Assembly (NCBI GenBank): GCA_009776725.1
Contig: WRNE01000004.1
Location: 27,219 to 91,218 of the forward strand
Source of the DNA: Coriobacteriia bacterium
GTDB taxonomy: Bacteria; Actinomycetota; Coriobacteriia; Coriobacteriales; UBA8131
DNA: 64,000 bases
Direction of reading: 5' to 3'
In this document: one piece after another, positions 58,301 through 64,000 of the stretch
Numbering within the stretch: position 1 is the stretch's first letter
Layout: every line of letters starts with the position of its first letter
Translations under genes and position numbers: made by a program
The notes under the pieces: generated by a model
Database searches by the model: none
What the model saw: only the letters and a program-made list of their open reading frames with translations
What the model was told of the DNA's origin: nothing

Positions 58301-59236
58301 TTGGAAGCATCGACCGGGAAGCGATCAGCGATAATGACCACTGCGCTATTAAGTGTCGTTTTTATATACGGCCTGTTTTATGGAAGGCTGCCTTTGCCCG
58401 TAAATATCAGCCTCAGCGTCAGCCTGGCAGCCTTTCTCTATATTAATAACCGCCATAAGCACATGGATTTTATCTCCATTGACGTAGTAGCCCAATTTTC
58501 CAAGTTGCGCTTTGTCAATGCCACGTTAAAAATTGCGACTTTATTCATTTTGACTATCCTAGGCGTTGTATCGAGACAGCCTCTGACTGGGGCTTACCTC
58601 ATGTTAGTGATGTTGGTTCTTGCGGTTTTCGTTGGGGGCATGAAACTTCATGAGTATGTGCAGATCCTTGCCTTGCCATTATCCTTCCTGCTTGTCGGTG
58701 GACTTGCTTTATTATTTGAGTTGCAGGCAGAGCCTACCGGTCTTATAAATGTATATGCTTTTGGTGTCTGGCTGACTGTAAGCGCCGAAGCACAGGCAAA
58801 CACTTTGCTAGTCGTTAGCCGAGCGCTTGGAGCATTGAGCTGCTTGTTGCTCATCGGAATGTCCACACCAATGTCAGACATTATCAACACCTTGCGCCGT
58901 ATGCATTTACCTGAACTTATTATAGATTTGATGTATTTGATATACCGTTACATTTTCATCTTGTTGGCTCTGCATCACGAGATGTTCGATGCCGCTAAAA
59001 GCCGTTTAGGAATGAGTGATTACCGCAGCAGCCTGCGCACGACCTCTTATATCTACGCAAACCTGCTGGCACGCAGCCATCAACTGGCAAGTACGAACTA
59101 CGATGCCATGGAAAGCCGTTGCTTTGATTCGGGAATACGCTTTTTGGTACAAAAACGCAGTATCAGCTGGGTACAGAGATGCCTCAGCCTGGGACTGATA
59201 GCAACTACGGGCATGCTTGCTCTTATCCCCATATGA
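58301..59236 (+). CDS. cbiQ: ECF transporter transmembrane (T) component CbiQ
   Basis: 311 aa polytopic protein in the cbiMNQO position. TTG 58301 or ATG 58334 could be the start. Confidence 0.78.
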   Translation: MEASTGKRSAIMTTALLSVVFIYGLFYGRLPLPVNISLSVSLAAFLYINNRHKHMDFISIDVVAQFSKLRFVNATLKIATLFILTILGVVSRQPLTGAYLMLVMLVLAVFVGGMKLHEYVQILALPLSFLLVGGLALLFELQAEPTGLINVYAFGVWLTVSAEAQANTLLVVSRALGALSCLLLIGMSTPMSDIINTLRRMHLPELIIDLMYLIYRYIFILLALHHEMFDAAKSRLGMSDYRSSLRTTSYIYANLLARSHQLASTNYDAMESRCFDSGIRFLVQKRSISWVQRCLSLGLIATTGMLALIPI

Positions 59237-59249
59237 GAGAGCCCCTGCG

Positions 59250-60095
59250 ATGACTGAACTGTTGCGAGTAGCCGGTATTAGCTTTAGGTACGACGACCGA
59301 TATTTGGCTTTAAACAAGGTGTCGGCGAGCTTTCAAGCTGGGGAGCTAGTTGCTGTCCTGGGTAGCAACGGCGCTGGGAAAAGTACTTTTTTCCTGTGTT
59401 TGAACGGTGTCTTACAGCCTCAGGAAGGAAGTATTTATTTACATGGAGACGAGCTTGGCAAAAGCAAAAAGGACGTAAGCCGGCAGCGCCAGGCGGTCGG
59501 TTTGGTCTTTCAAGACCCGGACAGCCAGATAATCGCAGGCAGCGTCGAAAGCGAAGTCAGCTTCGGGCCAATGAACTTAGGCCTGAGCCTTGACCAGGTA
59601 AAGGCGCAAGTCGATGAGTCTTTGGCCCAGATGAACATCGAAAACTACCGTGACTATGCGCCTCAGTACCTAAGCGGTGGGGAAAAAAAGCGCGTAAGTA
59701 TTGCCGATATTCTAGCGATGCGTCCGGAAGTGATCTTGCTTGACGAGCCAACGGCGTCCCTTGACCCGAAGAATGCTTTGGCGTTAGAGGAGGTCTTGCT
59801 GACGCTCAGCAAGCTTGGCATAGCCATTGTGATTTCGACCCATGATGTTGATTTTGCCTATCGCATCGCCAAGCGGGCGATCGTCTTTAGCCAAGGCGAG
59901 ATTCTGGCAGACGCACCGGTCGAAGAGGTTTTTGCGATGACTGAAACGCTTGTACAGGCAGGACTGAAAAAGCCGCTGCTGTACGAGGCTTGGGACAGTA
60001 TAAGCGACAAGCTAGACTGCTCAAACGACATACCAAGGCCAAAAACGATCGCTGAGTTTCAAGCTTTAGTAGACTCGGTCCTTAATTGTCCCTAG
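59250..60095 (+). CDS. cbiO: ECF transporter ATPase CbiO
   Basis: MTELLRVAGISFRY...; GSNGAGKST; LSGGEKKRVSIA; VILLDEPTASLD. Confidence 0.88.
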   Translation: MTELLRVAGISFRYDDRYLALNKVSASFQAGELVAVLGSNGAGKSTFFLCLNGVLQPQEGSIYLHGDELGKSKKDVSRQRQAVGLVFQDPDSQIIAGSVESEVSFGPMNLGLSLDQVKAQVDESLAQMNIENYRDYAPQYLSGGEKKRVSIADILAMRPEVILLDEPTASLDPKNALALEEVLLTLSKLGIAIVISTHDVDFAYRIAKRAIVFSQGEILADAPVEEVFAMTETLVQAGLKKPLLYEAWDSISDKLDCSNDIPRPKTIAEFQALVDSVLNCP

Positions 60096-60411
60096 CTTTG
60101 TGCGGTCGTTTTGTAGCACTGGGGCTTGTCTAAGCCGAACCATTCTCGCCACCTCCATTCACCACCCCACTTGCCACCCACCTAATATGCGGGCAGCACT
60201 ATAAGTCCAAGCCTGTTCCGTTTATTTTGCAGCTATAAGGTGAAAAGCCTGCCACGTCCTTTTGCTTGTCATAAAATAACGAAGGGATTGGCTTGTAGAT
60301 GGCTTTTAGATCAGGTTGCAAGTGAGACTTTCAGACTGACTTACTGTCCATCGAGCAGGTCAAGCTGGCGATAGCAGTTTATAAGACACTGAATAGGTTA
60401 GGAGGACTTTA

Positions 60412-61419
60412 ATGCCCACATTGTCAAAAAAAGAGAACTATTTACGTTTATTGAGGGGAGAAGTTCCCGAGTATGTGCCTGCCATGATGGACGGCAGTGC
60501 TGGTTTTGGCGGCGCCCGGATGGGCCCAGACCTCGGCGGTTTAATGGGAGACTGGGGAGATGACACCGAACGCAAGGATATGTTCGGCGTCCCTTATGTC
60601 CGCGAGTTTAACGCGAACAACGGCCCAATCCCTAAGCCAGGTGAATTCATTTTAGAAGACATCACTAAATGGCGGGACATCATCAAAAGGCCAGCCGTCC
60701 TTGACAACATCGACTGGCAGTACCTCGCCGACACACAGCTGCCGAACTGGGATCCAGACACTATTCTTTCTGGCATGGCCTCGGTTGGCAACGGTTACTT
60801 CCAAATGCTCGTTTCATTCATGGGCTTCGACAATGGCTTGATTGCCTGCTTCGAAGAGCCTGACGAGGTAAAAGACCTTCTCAACTTCATCTTGGGCTTG
60901 AATGTCGAGCTAGCCAAGAACTTCATCTACTACTTCAAGCCGGAGACCGGTGGTGGCGGCGACGACATTGCCCACGAGCGCGCGCCCTTCGTCTCGCTAG
61001 AGATGTTCGAGGATATCTTCGAGCCGGTCTGGCGTGCTGCGATTGCTCCTTATGTCGAGGCCGGATGTTTGACCTCGCACCACAATTGTGGACTGTTTGA
61101 GCCTTTCGTGCCGCACATCGTAGACATGGGCTACAACGCCTGGAACCCTGCTGAGTACATGAACGACCTGGTGGGAATCAAGCAGCGCTTCCCGAAACTG
61201 GCTATTTGCGGCGGCTTCAACGACGACCGGGTCTGCAAGCCCGAGCACACCGAAGAAGAAATCCGCGCCTATGTCCGCGAAGTTTGCGACATGTTGGCCC
61301 CCGGTGGCGGCTACGCCTTCGGCGGTTACATGATGGGTGCTCCCGGAGACGCGGTTGTGGCCGAGCGTACAGGCTGGATCTATGACGAGTTCGAAAAGAT
61401 CCGCTACAGCTATTATTGA
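60412..61419 (+). CDS. uroporphyrinogen decarboxylase (URO-D) family protein, MtaA/CmuA-like methyltransferase type
   Basis: 335 aa. AGGAGG RBS. N-terminal ...NYLRLLRGEVPEYVP and C-terminal GGGYAFG resemble URO-D-fold corrinoid methyltransferases. Assignment is from memory of the family. Confidence 0.55.
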   Translation: MPTLSKKENYLRLLRGEVPEYVPAMMDGSAGFGGARMGPDLGGLMGDWGDDTERKDMFGVPYVREFNANNGPIPKPGEFILEDITKWRDIIKRPAVLDNIDWQYLADTQLPNWDPDTILSGMASVGNGYFQMLVSFMGFDNGLIACFEEPDEVKDLLNFILGLNVELAKNFIYYFKPETGGGGDDIAHERAPFVSLEMFEDIFEPVWRAAIAPYVEAGCLTSHHNCGLFEPFVPHIVDMGYNAWNPAEYMNDLVGIKQRFPKLAICGGFNDDRVCKPEHTEEEIRAYVREVCDMLAPGGGYAFGGYMMGAPGDAVVAERTGWIYDEFEKIRYSYY

Positions 61420-61451
61420 TTTTATGCGGAGAAAAGCATAACCGCAGACAA

Positions 61452-61492
61452 AAACTTGACAGCGCCATGATGGTTTTAGCGCTGTCAAGTTT
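61452..61492. terminator. bidirectional terminator hairpin
   Basis: 14-bp arms AAACTTGACAGCGC/GCGCTGTCAAGTTT, 13-nt loop, flanked by A-run and T-run. It lies between convergent genes. Confidence 0.7.
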
Positions 61493-61494
61493 AT

Positions 61495-62655
61495 TTACTG
61501 ATAACGCCTGCCATCTGCCAGCGGCACCCGTGCTTGAGTGAGTATCGAATGCAAACGCTTGACTTGCATGAGGTCCTCCCAACTGATGCGTACAAAGCGG
61601 TACCCAAGGTTGCTGATAGCATTTTGCCTTTTTCGCTCCCTGTCCAGGGCAGCGACGTAATCATCGGTGTATTTTAGCTGGCCGTCAAACTCGACGATGA
61701 TAGATTCCTGGTCTCCGTGTTGTTTGCTGAAGAAGTAGCGTCCATACTTGCTGTCGCTTTGGTACATGTTTCGCCGGACTGCATTAGAAGGCCACAATCC
61801 GTCAACGCGACCCAAAAGCTGCCCACTTGCTGGGTCAATGATGTTGGCTTGCAGATAGGGGACAGCAAAGCCAAGCTCCACACAACGGGCAACAAAGAGA
61901 GACTCTGCCGGTGACTCAGGCAGGTCTGTGAAATATAGCCCCGCCCGCACAGCTTTGCTGATTGCCCGTTTCGCATTATGGGCTACACAAAGCTGTGCAT
62001 AGTCAAACCAGAAAAGCTCTGCTGCAGGCGAAGAGAAGGGGGTCTTGCGGGCAGCAGTGTATGTGTCTAGGAAATCAATGTTTTTGGCATTGAGCTTCCT
62101 TAAGCTTGGTTCGCTTGGTGCGCTAACCTTATGGTCTTCTCCGTAAAGAGGTTGCCAAACAAGCGCTTCGGTCGTCTTCCCATCAATTTCCCGGCTTGCT
62201 ACCATGGATTTCCTTGCAGCTGTTGAATGGCGGTGAAGAATGAAATGGGCTGCCATGAGCGTATCTGGCAGCGGGGAGGTCAAGGCGCATTCAAAAAGCA
62301 TTTGCGCAACATGGTTGTTGATAACGGGCGTGGGTGGAAGCTCTAGGTGAAAGTGGCAGCCGTCTGCTTTGCTTTTCATATACTCGGGCCTAGCAGAGAA
62401 GTGCAAGGACGCTGTTGAAAGCACCGGGCCCCCATCAAGTGCTGCTGCAGTGACGCCCCAAGCTTTGACTTTTGGATGTATAGCCAGAAAAGCCTTTGCC
62501 CGAACCCTGTACTTTCCAGCTAGGTCTAAGCCTTCATAACTTGAGGCTTCCACATAAGCACCGCGGAAAAGGCGTATTAGTTTGCCTCCTTTTACTTGTT
62601 TGCGAAGAGCCTGTCTGCTCAGACTTGTATTAAATATTGTTATTATTTCTTGCAC
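61495..62655 (-). CDS. AbiEi-like N-terminal domain / DUF559 (Vsr-like endonuclease fold) C-terminal domain protein
   Basis: 386 aa. N-terminal LSRQALRKQVKGGKLIRLFRGAYV. C-terminal ESLFVARCVELGF...GRVDGLWP...IIVEFDGQLKY...RERKRQNAISNLGYRFVRISWEDL. Confidence 0.5.
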   Translation of the reverse strand: MQEIITIFNTSLSRQALRKQVKGGKLIRLFRGAYVEASSYEGLDLAGKYRVRAKAFLAIHPKVKAWGVTAAALDGGPVLSTASLHFSARPEYMKSKADGCHFHLELPPTPVINNHVAQMLFECALTSPLPDTLMAAHFILHRHSTAARKSMVASREIDGKTTEALVWQPLYGEDHKVSAPSEPSLRKLNAKNIDFLDTYTAARKTPFSSPAAELFWFDYAQLCVAHNAKRAISKAVRAGLYFTDLPESPAESLFVARCVELGFAVPYLQANIIDPASGQLLGRVDGLWPSNAVRRNMYQSDSKYGRYFFSKQHGDQESIIVEFDGQLKYTDDYVAALDRERKRQNAISNLGYRFVRISWEDLMQVKRLHSILTQARVPLADGRRYQ

Positions 62656-62796
62656 TAAGCCTCCTTGGATGGTTTATTACTGCATCATACAAGAAGAAGC
62701 TTTAGAAAAATAACAATAGCTATTGATAGTTTATTATTTGTTAGGCTTTGGCATAGCTTCATGCCATGTTATGCCAGCCAATTCTTAGTAATGTTT

Positions 62797-62869
62797 GGAT
62801 ACCATACGCTTTTGACAACCAAAATGGCTCAAAATAGCCCGTTTTGGTTGTCAAAAGCGTATGGTATCC
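62797..62869. repeat. 28-bp perfect inverted repeat with 17-nt spacer
   Basis: GGATACCATACGCTTTTGACAACCAAAA (62797..62824) and its exact reverse complement (62842..62869). The spacer itself contains GGCT/AGCC. Confidence 0.9.
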
Positions 62870-63093
62870 CACAAAGTGGGGCAAGCCTCTATTCCAGGGA
62901 AGCTTTGAAAGCCAAGGCTGCCATGCCTTGATAAGCATACTGGCTCGAAGGTACCGCTACAACGCCAATCTGTTTTCATCGGTCTCGCCAAAGAATCCAG
63001 CTTAGCAAAAAGGCTCGTTTTTCTCGGCTGATGTTTTGATATGATGACAGAAGTGCCAATTTGGAAAAGCGTTACACCTTATGGGGAGAAAAG

Positions 63094-63774
63094 ATGAGAT
63101 ACGACTGCCTGATAGTAGACGACGAGGAAGCTTTATCGCAGTCTACCTGCGAATACTTCGGCATGTTCGACATAAGCGCCTACTGGGTCAGCAACGATAC
63201 GGAATGCATGCGATTTTTGCAAGCCAACAGCGCCGACCTGATTCTACTCGACATCAACCTCGGCAGCTCCTCAGGCTTTGACCTTTGCAAACGTCTGCGC
63301 GAGGTGACAGACATCCCCATCCTGTTCATCAGCGCCCGTCAAAGCGACGACGACATGATCCTCGCGCTCTCCATCGGCGGAGACGACTACATTCAAAAAC
63401 CTTACTCGCTATCTGTCTTACTGGCAAAAGTGAAGGTGGTCTTAGGCCGCTACCGCAGCGCGCCGTCACCAACGCTGACCATCGGCAGGCTGGTACTAGA
63501 CGAAGCAGCCCAATCGCTTCGCCTGGATGGCCAAAACGTCGAGTTGAAGACGATGGAGTTCAAGCTTTTAAGCTATCTGATGAAGAATCAAAACAGGGTG
63601 ATCAGCAAAGAGGAGCTGTTCAGGAGGGTCTGGGAAGACTCGATCACCAGCGACAACACGCTAAACGTGCACATCCGCCGCCTGCGGGAAAAGCTGGAAG
63701 ACGACCCCAACAAGCCGCAGCTGATCAAGACGGTTTGGGGGACAGGCTATCTGTTTGCAGGCGATGCCCAGTGA
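63094..63774 (+). CDS. OmpR/PhoB-family response regulator
   Basis: ATG 63094 after GGGGAGAAAAG. LIVDDEE, LILLDINLG (phospho-acceptor Asp region). C-terminal winged helix ...IKTVWGTGYLF. Confidence 0.88.
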   Translation: MRYDCLIVDDEEALSQSTCEYFGMFDISAYWVSNDTECMRFLQANSADLILLDINLGSSSGFDLCKRLREVTDIPILFISARQSDDDMILALSIGGDDYIQKPYSLSVLLAKVKVVLGRYRSAPSPTLTIGRLVLDEAAQSLRLDGQNVELKTMEFKLLSYLMKNQNRVISKEELFRRVWEDSITSDNTLNVHIRRLREKLEDDPNKPQLIKTVWGTGYLFAGDAQ

Positions 63775-64000
63775 GGGCCCGTAACTACCTGCTGGCTTAT
63801 ATGGCAATACTTGCCGCCGGCTTGATGTGCGCATTCTTCTTGTTGCCTAGCCCAACGATCAATGCAGACCCAGTGCAGGCCAACGACTTGGCTATGCGCC
63901 TCGGCGACCAGTTCGGCTCGCTCAGCAAGCCAGGCTTCCAAGCCCCAAAGAGCGATCATGACTATGTGGTCATCGACAGCCAAGGAAACGTCTTGTACGC
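63771..64000 (+). CDS. probable sensor histidine kinase, N-terminal fragment (runs off the window)
   Basis: GTG overlaps the regulator stop (GTGA). The frame is open to the window end. VRARNYLLAYMAILAAGLMCAFFLL is an N-terminal TM helix. The kinase assignment rests on position only. Confidence 0.5.
   Translation, partial: MRARNYLLAYMAILAAGLMCAFFLLPSPTINADPVQANDLAMRLGDQFGSLSKPGFQAPKSDHDYVVIDSQGNVLY

Noticed and set aside
60149-60182. A C-rich CCACC-repeat tract (G-rich on the minus strand) downstream of cbiO.
   Set aside because: It is short and irregular. The G-runs are mostly only 2 nt, so a stable G-quadruplex or a defined motif cannot be argued from sequence alone.
62665-62931. An 88-aa plus-strand ORF.
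   Set aside because: It spans the 28-bp inverted repeat, so much of its sequence is dictated by the palindrome. It has no RBS.
1-64000. A search by eye for CRISPR arrays, rRNA genes, integrase/recombinase or phage genes, intact IS elements, and classical defence or toxin-antitoxin modules.
   Set aside because: I found no regularly spaced direct repeats and no recognisable integrase, transposase or phage structural ORF. The only mobile-element-like traces are the tRNA-Ala partial repeat and the decayed parA-rsmG spacer, both reported above.

Overview
This window is the replication-origin region of a bacterial chromosome, followed by a corrinoid- and cobalt-related accessory region. The gene order (rpmH-rnpA-yidD-yidC-jag-rsmG-parAB on the minus strand; dnaA-dnaN-recF-DUF721-gyrB-gyrA on the plus strand) and a polytopic LuxR-type regulator suggest an Actinomycetota/Coriobacteriia-like anaerobe, but this is a low-confidence guess. 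Three things are unusual at the origin. A GNAT gene and a GHKL-ATPase/wHTH gene lie between rpmH and dnaA. parA has no canonical start codon. A 1.45-kb ORF-free stretch bracketed by two parS palindromes separates parA from rsmG. The hyp-parB-parA-rsmG-jag-yidC block also looks clearly lower in GC than its flanks. Downstream come tRNA-Gly(CCC), housekeeping genes (SPFH, purC, dGTPase-like) and tRNA-Ala(CGC) with a decayed copy of its 3' half 1.1 kb away. The main candidate for an undescribed system is a roughly 20-kb, 13-gene operon behind a cobalamin riboswitch. It combines ChlI-like and ChlD-like AAA+ subunits, two tandem CobN paralogues, a BtuCD-type importer with two lipoprotein binding proteins, a radical-SAM/SPASM enzyme, CbiZ, an ABC-2 exporter and a TIM-barrel protein. 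A second cobalamin riboswitch with a clear terminator controls cbiMNQO. The window ends with a URO-D/MtaA-like gene, a DUF559-type gene, a 28-bp perfect inverted repeat and an OmpR-type two-component pair. All calls come from reading the sequence and ORF translations by eye; no searches were run.
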